Below are positions 28,775 through 37,554 of a stretch of DNA of 64,000 nt, in pieces. Where the stretch lies: assembly GCA_001804285.1 (NCBI GenBank), contig MHFR01000016.1, forward strand, positions 13,975-77,974. The letters are read 5' to 3'. Origin of the DNA: Candidatus Danuiimicrobium aquiferis. Its GTDB lineage: Bacteria > Omnitrophota > Omnitrophia > Omnitrophales > Danuiimicrobiaceae. Made by a program: the position numbers and the translations under genes. Position 1 is the stretch's first letter. Each line of letters begins with the position of its first letter. The notes under the pieces were generated by a model. It had not been told where the DNA came from, ran no database searches, and saw only the letters and a list, made by a program, of their open reading frames with translations.

Positions 28775-29694
28775 AATTAACAAGAAAAAATTTAAAAGGT
28801 TCAATGGTGGCGCTTGTGACTCCTCACAAAAAAGGGGAGATTGATTTTGATACGCTTAAAAAACTGATTGATTGGCAGATTGAAGAGGGCACGGACGTGC
28901 TCGTCCCGTGCGGGACGACCGGCGAGGCCGCGACCATGACACACGATGAGCATAAACGAATGATGTCATTTGTGATCGAATACGTAAATGGGCGTGTTCC
29001 CGTGATTTGCGGTGCCGGATCGAATTGCACGCAGGAAGCGGTTGGTCTGATTTCGCATGCAAAGAAAGCCGGGGCGTCTGCGGTTTTGCTTGTGACGCCC
29101 TACTATAATAAGCCAACGCAGGAAGGTCTTTATCGTCATTATGAATGTTTGGCGAAAACAGTCGATATACCTATTGTACTTTATAACGTGCCGGGAAGGA
29201 CGGGTGTCTCTATTTCGCCCGAGACGGTTGCGCGTCTTTCGAAAATTTCGTCGGTTATCGGAATTAAAGAGGCGAGCGGTAATATTGACCAGTCGAGCGC
29301 GATACTGTCGCTCTGTGACCTTGCGGTGGTTTCCGGAGACGACAGCCTGACGCTTCCGCTTCTTTCGATCGGAGCGAAAGGCGTGATTTCGGTGGTGGCC
29401 AATGTGGCGCCCCGGAAAGTTCATGAAATGGTGACGGCTTTTCTTGCCGGAAAAACGGATGAAGCGCGAAAGCTTCATTATGAACTGCTGCCGCTTGCGA
29501 AAAACTTGTTTATTGAAACGAATCCGATTCCGGTGAAAACGTCGCTCGCGATGATGGGTTTGGTTCGCGAGGAATTCCGCCTTCCGCTGTGCGAAATGGG
29601 GGAAGGGAACCGGAAAAAACTGGAAGAGGTCCTGAAATCCTGCGGGCTCCTGAAAGCAGGACAAAAAAAGTTATCAATGACAACGAAGGCGTAA
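28771..29694 (+). CDS. dapA: 4-hydroxy-tetrahydrodipicolinate synthase
   Basis: PCGTTGE and YNVPGRTG motifs; ATGA overlap with dapF. Confidence 0.9.
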   Translation: MKLTRKNLKGSMVALVTPHKKGEIDFDTLKKLIDWQIEEGTDVLVPCGTTGEAATMTHDEHKRMMSFVIEYVNGRVPVICGAGSNCTQEAVGLISHAKKAGASAVLLVTPYYNKPTQEGLYRHYECLAKTVDIPIVLYNVPGRTGVSISPETVARLSKISSVIGIKEASGNIDQSSAILSLCDLAVVSGDDSLTLPLLSIGAKGVISVVANVAPRKVHEMVTAFLAGKTDEARKLHYELLPLAKNLFIETNPIPVKTSLAMMGLVREEFRLPLCEMGEGNRKKLEEVLKSCGLLKAGQKKLSMTTKA

Positions 29695-29697
29695 TCG

Positions 29698-30510
29698 ATG
29701 GAAAAACAACGTATCAAAATAGTGGTTGCCGGGGCTGCCGGCCGGATGGGAAAAGCGATTCTCGATCTTGCTCATCGGGACCGCGAAATTGAAATTGCCG
29801 GTGCGTTTGAAAAGGCCGATCATCCGATGACGGGAAAAACCGTCGGCGTATTGATAGGCGTGGATTCCATTCAGGTTCCGATCGATTCCGATATCGCAAA
29901 AACCATTGCGAAAGGCGATGTGGTGATTGATTTTACGCATTCTGATGTGACGCCGAAAATTTTTGAAACCGTATTATCGATGAGAAAAGCGGTTGTAATC
30001 GGGACGACGGGGTTACAGCAAAAATTTATCGAACAATTATCGCTTGCCTCCAAAACGATTCCAATTGTTCAAGCGCCCAATATGAGTATTGGTGTCAATT
30101 TACTTTTTCGGCTTGCGTCTATGGTCGGCGAAGTTTTGGATGACCGTTATGACGTTGAAATTGTGGAGGAACATCACCGCCATAAAAAAGATGCACCGAG
30201 CGGAACGGCCCTTGAGCTTGCCCGGCTCATCGCAAAGGCGCGAAAAATTAATTTGGACGAGAAAGCGATTTATGGCCGTCACGGAATGACGGGCGAGCGT
30301 TCACAAGGTACGATCGGAGTTCATGCGGTTCGCGGCGGAGATACCGTCGGATATCATCAAGTCTGTTTTCTGACGGAAGGCGAACGGGTCGAGCTGGTTC
30401 ATCGGGCGACTTCGCGAAACGCTTTTGCAGCCGGAGCTTTGAAAGCTGCGAAGTTCCTTGCGGATAAAAAGAGCGGGTTTTTTAATATGCAGCAAGTGCT
30501 GGGCCTGTGA
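29698..30510 (+). CDS. dapB: 4-hydroxy-tetrahydrodipicolinate reductase
   Basis: VAGAAGRMGK and EEHHRHKKDAPSGTA. Confidence 0.9.
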   Translation: MEKQRIKIVVAGAAGRMGKAILDLAHRDREIEIAGAFEKADHPMTGKTVGVLIGVDSIQVPIDSDIAKTIAKGDVVIDFTHSDVTPKIFETVLSMRKAVVIGTTGLQQKFIEQLSLASKTIPIVQAPNMSIGVNLLFRLASMVGEVLDDRYDVEIVEEHHRHKKDAPSGTALELARLIAKARKINLDEKAIYGRHGMTGERSQGTIGVHAVRGGDTVGYHQVCFLTEGERVELVHRATSRNAFAAGALKAAKFLADKKSGFFNMQQVLGL

Positions 30511-30576
30511 TGTGAAGTGAGATCGTCGAAACCAAAATATCGAATTTTAAAAAACAATAGCCGGGAAATAACAATT

Positions 30577-32187
30577 ATGATTTCAGGGCTAGTGAAGCGA
30601 AATAAATTTTTAGGTTTCTGTGCTTTGGTTTCTGTTTTTTTAATCTCGTTTTCTTTTCTGTCTAATGGTTTTGCCCAGACGGATCAAATTCCCAAAACTC
30701 CTCAGGCCTCTTCCGAGCAGCCGTCAGTTAACTATCTTTTTCGCGATTCTTTTTACGCCAATCCAAACCTCAAAGCCAAATATGACATCACGGAAGTCGA
30801 GGGGCTTCTGCTTGTTAAGAATCAGGATTTTTTGCGGCGGTCGAATTATTCGATTGTGACCGGCTTTGAAGGCTCAATCCTGGAGTCCCGTGTTTTGAAA
30901 AATGTCCGTTCCAAGGAAGAAGCTCAGGCCTATATTGAAAAGAATCTGAGAAAAATTCATTTCGAACGCATTCCTATCCGCGAGCTTCCGCTTGTTGAAA
31001 AAAACGGAACACCGACGTCCAGATTCTGGGTCGGGCAGCGCGCATTTTCGACATTAGAAGATGCAAAAACGAGTGTTGTCAACGCGAAAACCATGATTGA
31101 AACAGATGGCGGAAATTTCGACAAAGCGCTTGAACTTGTCGAAGAGTATTTTCCCGAAATGCCTGGTCCGACGGAAGAAGAAATTCGGGCGAATTACAAA
31201 CGCGAAGAAGAACTTGCGGTTAAAATGATGGATTGGCTTGATATCGGCGAAAAACTTTACGGGCCAATGACGGGAACGCCGATCGGTGAGCGGCTCCTTT
31301 GGCAGTCATTCGGGGAAACTTCTTTTCGCGATACAAATTTATCAAATCATAGTTTTGACGGACAGACAGGCTATTGGACGAACCGGTTGGTATTTAAAGG
31401 ACTCCGGTTTTTAGGAGAGCCGACACTTGATCCTTATGTTGAAGTGACTGCTGCAGCTGATACCGAAGGGCTTAACTATCCGAAGCATCTCGACTTGATC
31501 GGTGGTGTGGAATACCGCCCGCTTGGACGAGCGGCGTTTCTTGAGAATTTCAATCTCTATGGGTTAAATGTTCTCAAGTTTGCGCGAAGTTACCGGCTTT
31601 ATGTTCAGTACATGGAGCGTAAAAATTTGACCGATGAAATCGAAGGGAGCAGAGATACCGATCTTTGGGCAGGCTTGGATATTTTCTATGAGTGGGGCAT
31701 TGATCTTGAACAGCCGTGGGTAGGGCGCGACTCGAAAAGTATTTCCAATTTAATCCGGAATTATGTTTGGGGCGAGTATTACGGAAATTACCGGTGGGAA
31801 AAGACGGACTTTACTACCAATGAACATTTTCATTCCTGGATTTTAAATTCGACGGTGACGTTCGGCATTAAATGGCCGAGGATTGATCTTCCCAAGAACC
31901 CGATTAATGACGAATTCCTTCTCATGCCCTATCTGCGTTTCGAGCAAACAACAAATCCAAACCGGGAATTTTCATTTCAAAACCAAATGTATATGGCCGC
32001 CGGTGTCCGCTGGATGCCGTTTAGGAGTTATCAATTTATGAATAATGAGTGGCTGTTTAAAACAAAATTATTCGCCGAATATGCCGGAATCGGAGGCATT
32101 GGCCATCCCGGACCGGCCGGAAAATCACCCGATACGCCGGATTACGATTGGCGGTTCGGCGTGAACGTGTCGTTTAAACGGTATTAG
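30577..32187 (+). CDS. Secreted protein of unknown function (signal peptide; possibly outer-membrane associated)
   Basis: ATG at 30577 gives MISGLVKRNKFLGFCALVSVFLISFSFLSNGFAQ, a signal peptide. The rest is beta-rich and aromatic-rich. Confidence 0.55.
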   Translation: MISGLVKRNKFLGFCALVSVFLISFSFLSNGFAQTDQIPKTPQASSEQPSVNYLFRDSFYANPNLKAKYDITEVEGLLLVKNQDFLRRSNYSIVTGFEGSILESRVLKNVRSKEEAQAYIEKNLRKIHFERIPIRELPLVEKNGTPTSRFWVGQRAFSTLEDAKTSVVNAKTMIETDGGNFDKALELVEEYFPEMPGPTEEEIRANYKREEELAVKMMDWLDIGEKLYGPMTGTPIGERLLWQSFGETSFRDTNLSNHSFDGQTGYWTNRLVFKGLRFLGEPTLDPYVEVTAAADTEGLNYPKHLDLIGGVEYRPLGRAAFLENFNLYGLNVLKFARSYRLYVQYMERKNLTDEIEGSRDTDLWAGLDIFYEWGIDLEQPWVGRDSKSISNLIRNYVWGEYYGNYRWEKTDFTTNEHFHSWILNSTVTFGIKWPRIDLPKNPINDEFLLMPYLRFEQTTNPNREFSFQNQMYMAAGVRWMPFRSYQFMNNEWLFKTKLFAEYAGIGGIGHPGPAGKSPDTPDYDWRFGVNVSFKRY

Positions 32188-32231
32188 GAGGAGTAGAGAG
32201 TGAAGAGGGCAGAGAAGAGAGTATCTTTTCG

Positions 32232-32340
32232 TGTCATCCCCGCATGTTTCCCTTGGGAAAGAAAGGGCCGGCCCCAGTTTTTCCGGGGTAGGCGGGGATC
32301 TACGATTCTGGATTCCCGACAAAAACATTCGGGAATGACA
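32232..32340. repeat. MITE family B full-length copy overlapping the 5' end of the next ORF
   Basis: Near-identical to 27769-27878. Confidence 0.75.
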
Positions 32341-35300
32341 CAGGTCTTGGGTATTTGCAAAATTTTTTTTAGTGTCCAGTGTCTATTGACTTTATTCTGC
32401 GCTTGTGTACTTACATTCTTTGCCCCATTGGCAGTGCACGCTATCGTCACCAACCAAACCAACGTTCTTGGTAATGAAAGTTTTGAGTTGGCGCTCGGTG
32501 GCTCCGGAAATTGGGATAATACGCCGGGGCGCGCAATTAGCAATCCCAGCATAACAGGTGCTGTTGATGGTGCGCATGTGCTTCGCTTAGGTGAAATTAC
32601 CGGTGGAAGTTATACATTTCAAACTGTGACTGGAGTTAAGGCAGGTGATTATATTGGTTTAAGTATTTATGCTCGTCGCCTCAACTCTGATGGTACCAAT
32701 TGCCAGTTTCTTATAGAATTTCAAACCAGTGCCGGAGCTCTTATTTCAAGCACCGTACCTGTCGAAGTTACTTCCTCATCTTTTATGCAACATACTACCG
32801 GAGACACTGCGCCTGCTGGTACCGGACAAATTGTGTATGTTTTGAGGCTAAATGGTGGCGTTGCGACAGGCGGTACAACTATCGGTGAATTTGATGCTGC
32901 CGTTGGAACGGTTTCGAGTTTGCCGATCATTATGGATTCTTCGGCTTCAAAGCCTAATCTTACCAAAGGAAGTGCTACATTTATCAGCAACCGGATGAAA
33001 AATATTTCTGGTAGTACGCTCAATAATGTTCAAATGGTGGTCACCGTACCGGAAGGATTTGTATTTATTGATTCTGCGTCACGGTTGGACGGAACACCGA
33101 TTAATTCTACGAAAGGTTCAAGAATCTTTTCGATTGGTTCAATCGGCGGGTTTGAGTATAAGGACCTCGGATTTTTGTTGGTGGCTTCGCAGGCGGTTCA
33201 GATTGGGAAACGATATGAAGTTTCGTTTTATGCACGTGACAGCGTTGCCGGAACGGTTCTTTCTAATATTCAAAGAATGGAAATTGTCATTTCTGCCGAC
33301 CCATTTTTCGACGAAGGAACGATTCTTGGGAAAGTGTTCGACGATAAAAACGAAAATGCGGTGCAGGACAAAGGTGAAGACGGTATCAGCGGCGTCAAAA
33401 TCGCGACGGAAGAAGGAATTGTGGTGGTGACGGATCCTCGCGGCCGGTATCACATTCCTGCAATCAAGCCGGGCCGGCATGTGGTTAAAATAGACGGGCA
33501 CACGCTTCCGAAGAATACAAAATTTGTTTCGGAAGAATCGGTGTTGATTAAAACCACAAACGGAATGATGAACGTCGTGAATTTCGCGGCGAAACTTCCC
33601 GAATCAAAAATCCCGGAGAGCCATCGCGATAAATTAAAAGTCATGGTGACGCAGGGAACGGATTTTGAAAAGCCGGAACTGGCCGTGACGATGCAGCCCG
33701 AAGTTCTGCGAATGGGCGTCGGAGTGTTTGAAGAAGATCCACGTTTTATTATTAATACGAATTACGGAGAGTTAATCGCGGGTTGGCGAATTGAAGTAAC
33801 GGATCAATTTGGCGAAAAAGTATGGGCAGGATACGGCCTCGGAGTTCCGCCTGCGGAAGCGCCGTGGACGGGAAAGAAAGCCAACCGTGATCCGGTGGAG
33901 AAGGGTATCTATGCGTACCGCTTAGTTGTCCGCGATAAAGAAGGCCATGAAGATTGGACGCCGCTCAGGTATTTCCGCGTTGTAAGCAAGCTTGATTCCC
34001 ACGTGCCCGATCATCCGGACATTCAGGTCCCGGCGGCGGGAAATATGGTGATCAATCGGGACGGCAAGCGCAGTATTCCGATTAATGCGAAACCGAAAGT
34101 TCTCATTCGCGGGACGACCCAACCGTGGAATACGGTGGCGGTGAATGGGGAACAGGCGACGGTTCATTTGGACGGAACGTTCAGCAAAGAAATATATGTT
34201 CCGCCCGGAAAACAATCTGTGACCGTAACGACTACAGATCAGAATGGGAATGCCGTTTCCTATCAGGAAGATGTGGATGTGAAAGATACGATGTTTTTTA
34301 TGGTTGGGTTGGGCGAACAGGAAATGGGAGCCAATTTTCTTGACGGGAATCTTGAAGCTTTGGGCCGCGACGAAAAATTCCATCAGGGATTTTATCAGGA
34401 CGGCCGGCTTGCGTATTATTTAAAAGCGAAAATAAAAGGGAAATTCCTCGTGACATCCCGTTATGATACCGACGATCCGCGAACTGCTTTCTTTACCAAT
34501 TTAGACCCCGATCAGTATTATCCGGTTTACGGGGATGATTCACAGATTCAATATGACGGCGAGACCGCCAACCGTTTTTATATTTTAGCCGAAATGGACC
34601 GTTCGTATTTGAAATGGGGGAGTTTCAGTACGAATTTTACAGATACTGAACTTGCGTCGCACAACCGGACATTTTCCGGCCTCAAGATTCATTATGAGAC
34701 GTTGGCCATGACGCGTTATGGCGACGCGAAACGGGGGTTTGCGGTTTACACGGCGAACGTCAAGCAATTGGGTGATCATAACGAATTTATCGGGACCGGA
34801 GGATCACTCTTTTATTTGCGGAATAAAAATGTGATTCAGGGAAGTGAAAAAGTCCGGGTGGAGGTTCGCGATTCCATTCAAAATATTCCGGTCTACAGCA
34901 AAGACCTTGTTTACGGCACCGATTATGAAATTGATTATCCTCAAGGGCGGATTATTTTGAGAAAACCGCTTTCGGCTGTGAGTTTCTCCGATTACATCAT
35001 CTCGAATGATATTTTGAACGGCAGCGATACCTATTTGCTGGTTGATTATGAATTTGATCCGCAAGGAGAAATGAATAACGGCAATAACGGAATTCGCGGG
35101 TATACGCATCTCGGCGACCATTTCAGGGTTGGAGGAACAGCGATTGAAGACCGGCAGCCGGGGAAGGATTACGATTTGCGGGGCGTTGATTTGACCGGAA
35201 AATTCGGAAAAAATACGAAAATAATGGCTGAATATGCGCGTTCACAAGGCAGCACGAACCGGAATGCGATCTCTTATAACGGTGGAATCACATTTACGGA

Positions 35301-36948
35301 TATGCCGACGGGCGAAAAGTTGCTTAAAAAACCGACGCGCTTGTTTGATGACGCTTATGCCGTGAAGGCTCAGACAAAATTGATCACGGGGACGGACGTT
35401 TCCGGTTATGTTCAGCGGATGGATCCGGGATTTTCAAATGCGGATTCCATCAGCCAGGCCGGGCTCCGGAAAGCGGGCCTTGAGATGCGCCATAGGGTGG
35501 GGGAAAATGTTGAGCTTCGCTATCGTTTTGATGATCAGAAGGCAACAGATCCGGGAAATAGCGCTGAAATTTTCACGGAAAGTCCGAGCAAAGGCCAGTT
35601 TCATACAGCACAGATGAAAGCCGATTACGATAACTATTTGGGTGCGGTGGAATACCGCTATCAAAACATCAGTACCTATGAATCGTATGACCGGTATCAC
35701 ACAAATGAATTTGATTCGTCGGCGTTTAAGAACGCACTCGGCGCAAAACTCGGATATAAATTAAGTGAAGGCGTGATGCCGTATGTGAAAGGACAGGGGA
35801 CTTGGGACGGACAAAACGGCGCAAATAATCAATTCGGTGGCGGGCTTGAATCGGACGTGATGGGCGGTAAAGGACGGGTTCGTGTGGAAGAAATGGTGGG
35901 CAATGTCGGAGATGCGACAACGCTTGGTTTTAATATGAAAACCTCCGAAACGACCGATGCCTATACGACGATTCAAACAGGCCCCGATCCGGAACACTTG
36001 AATCGTAACTATAGCACAACCATCGGAAGTTCGACGCAACTTGACAGTAAAAGCCGGTTTTACAGCGAGCGGGAACTTTCTTCATACCGGGTTGGCGATC
36101 GGGAGGCCAACATTCTGGGCTATGACCGGCAGCTTTCGGAGCGTTGGAGTGTTGGCGCGAATGTAGAGCGCGGTCGGCTTCGCGAAATTTCCGATGTGGA
36201 TACGGATCGTACGGCCGGCGCGGTCGAAGTGAGTTATTTAGATCGTGAGTTTCTTAAAATTATCAGCCGTTATGAATTGCGTTATGACCGCGGTGGGCCG
36301 ACGGACCGGATACAATTTCTCTTTCGGGATACGGTTGATTGGAAAATCAATGAAGATTTCCGTTATTCCGCACAGCTCAACCGTGGCGATAGCATCGCTC
36401 TTACGAATGTGCATAAAGACGGGCTGTTTACGGAATTCAACACAGGGCTTGCTTACCGGCCGGTCGCGAATAACCGTTTGAATGTACTGACTCGGTATAC
36501 ATGGCTTGAAAATATCGGAGCGGACAGTCAATTTGATACACCGGACATTTTTGGAATCGGGGTTGATGAATCGGCGCATATTTTTGGCCTTGAGTTTGGG
36601 TATGATGCGTTGCCGCCTTATTTGAGCGTGACCGAAAAATTGGGCTATCGCCGTTCGCTCCTTACGGCGGAAGGCGATACGCATGAAATCAGTAATTATC
36701 TTTGGGCGACCCGGTTTAATTTTCATGTGATCCGGAAATGGGATTTGATTGCGGAATACCGGCTGTTTTGGGATTTCGAGATGATCCAGGCTTTGAAACA
36801 CGGGCTCATTCTGGAAATAGACAGAGAACTGATGGACTATGTTCATTTTGGTATTGGTTATAATTTTTCCGACTTTACGGATGATTTACAGTCGCTCAAT
36901 AATTATGACCATCATGGGTTATATACGCGATTAAGCGGTAAATTTTAA
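32335..36948 (+). CDS. Large surface/outer-membrane protein (about 1540 aa). It has a signal peptide, a Cna-B/SdrD-B-like domain, and a C-terminal beta-barrel-like region ending in F.
   Basis: Signal peptide ...FFAPLAVHA. KVFDDKNENAVQDKGEDGISGVKIATEEG...TDPRGRYHI is a Cna-B-type fold motif. Alternating-residue beta strands and a terminal ...SGKF. The start is uncertain: the first ATG lies inside the MITE. Confidence 0.55.
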   Translation: MTQVLGICKIFFSVQCLLTLFCACVLTFFAPLAVHAIVTNQTNVLGNESFELALGGSGNWDNTPGRAISNPSITGAVDGAHVLRLGEITGGSYTFQTVTGVKAGDYIGLSIYARRLNSDGTNCQFLIEFQTSAGALISSTVPVEVTSSSFMQHTTGDTAPAGTGQIVYVLRLNGGVATGGTTIGEFDAAVGTVSSLPIIMDSSASKPNLTKGSATFISNRMKNISGSTLNNVQMVVTVPEGFVFIDSASRLDGTPINSTKGSRIFSIGSIGGFEYKDLGFLLVASQAVQIGKRYEVSFYARDSVAGTVLSNIQRMEIVISADPFFDEGTILGKVFDDKNENAVQDKGEDGISGVKIATEEGIVVVTDPRGRYHIPAIKPGRHVVKIDGHTLPKNTKFVSEESVLIKTTNGMMNVVNFAAKLPESKIPESHRDKLKVMVTQGTDFEKPELAVTMQPEVLRMGVGVFEEDPRFIINTNYGELIAGWRIEVTDQFGEKVWAGYGLGVPPAEAPWTGKKANRDPVEKGIYAYRLVVRDKEGHEDWTPLRYFRVVSKLDSHVPDHPDIQVPAAGNMVINRDGKRSIPINAKPKVLIRGTTQPWNTVAVNGEQATVHLDGTFSKEIYVPPGKQSVTVTTTDQNGNAVSYQEDVDVKDTMFFMVGLGEQEMGANFLDGNLEALGRDEKFHQGFYQDGRLAYYLKAKIKGKFLVTSRYDTDDPRTAFFTNLDPDQYYPVYGDDSQIQYDGETANRFYILAEMDRSYLKWGSFSTNFTDTELASHNRTFSGLKIHYETLAMTRYGDAKRGFAVYTANVKQLGDHNEFIGTGGSLFYLRNKNVIQGSEKVRVEVRDSIQNIPVYSKDLVYGTDYEIDYPQGRIILRKPLSAVSFSDYIISNDILNGSDTYLLVDYEFDPQGEMNNGNNGIRGYTHLGDHFRVGGTAIEDRQPGKDYDLRGVDLTGKFGKNTKIMAEYARSQGSTNRNAISYNGGITFTDMPTGEKLLKKPTRLFDDAYAVKAQTKLITGTDVSGYVQRMDPGFSNADSISQAGLRKAGLEMRHRVGENVELRYRFDDQKATDPGNSAEIFTESPSKGQFHTAQMKADYDNYLGAVEYRYQNISTYESYDRYHTNEFDSSAFKNALGAKLGYKLSEGVMPYVKGQGTWDGQNGANNQFGGGLESDVMGGKGRVRVEEMVGNVGDATTLGFNMKTSETTDAYTTIQTGPDPEHLNRNYSTTIGSSTQLDSKSRFYSERELSSYRVGDREANILGYDRQLSERWSVGANVERGRLREISDVDTDRTAGAVEVSYLDREFLKIISRYELRYDRGGPTDRIQFLFRDTVDWKINEDFRYSAQLNRGDSIALTNVHKDGLFTEFNTGLAYRPVANNRLNVLTRYTWLENIGADSQFDTPDIFGIGVDESAHIFGLEFGYDALPPYLSVTEKLGYRRSLLTAEGDTHEISNYLWATRFNFHVIRKWDLIAEYRLFWDFEMIQALKHGLILEIDRELMDYVHFGIGYNFSDFTDDLQSLNNYDHHGLYTRLSGKF

Positions 36949-37003
36949 TTGTTTCGAAGAAATGCATTGATTACAATTTCCCTTAAGGGAAAAGGAGGCT
37001 CGG

Positions 37004-37438
37004 GTGAAAAAATTTTTTAATGGTTTTATTTTCTTAATGATCGGAGTCATGTTGGTGATTGGCGGATGCGCCAGCGTAGAGGGGCCTAAATGTGATCAAG
37101 TGCTTGTTTATGAGCAACCCTATGATTTGACTTACCTGCGGGCGTTGGAAGCCATGAATGAATTTCAAGGTTGGCTTCTTGAAGCAACCGATAAAGGGAC
37201 CGGCGCCATACGGCTTCGCAATACTGAATATGGGCATATGTTTGATCGTGATAAAGCGGTTGCCGATGTGGTGGTGAAACGGATCTCGAAGGATAAAACT
37301 TCTATCTCCTTAGCTCCTGATTCACAAATGGTTTTGAAGGGTAAAGAACTGCTTGAACATATTGATACCTGTTTGAAATCAAAACCTGCACATCGAAAGG
37401 TTGATGCACCGGTGACAGGGGATAAAAAAGCAGGTTAA
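37004..37438 (+). CDS. Lipoprotein, unknown function
   Basis: GTG start with an AAAGGAGG Shine-Dalgarno sequence; lipobox VIGGC. Confidence 0.5.
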   Translation: MKKFFNGFIFLMIGVMLVIGGCASVEGPKCDQVLVYEQPYDLTYLRALEAMNEFQGWLLEATDKGTGAIRLRNTEYGHMFDRDKAVADVVVKRISKDKTSISLAPDSQMVLKGKELLEHIDTCLKSKPAHRKVDAPVTGDKKAG

Positions 37439-37554
37439 TTTAAACGTTCCATTTCTTTCTGAAGAGAACCGCGGGCAGAGGCTGATTCCTTCCGATTGTA
37501 TTTTCATATGAGGCATTCTATTACTTCCGCAGTCAGTGACTTTTGAGCAGGAAC

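Noticed and set aside
28966-29664. 232-aa minus-strand ORF antisense to dapA
   Set aside because: Extremely R/H/N-rich, antisense to dapA with strong motifs on the sense strand.
36238-36846. 202-aa minus-strand ORF within the 1582-aa surface-protein gene
   Set aside because: Shadow ORF; the sense strand has a consistent beta-barrel-like pattern continuing to the stop codon.
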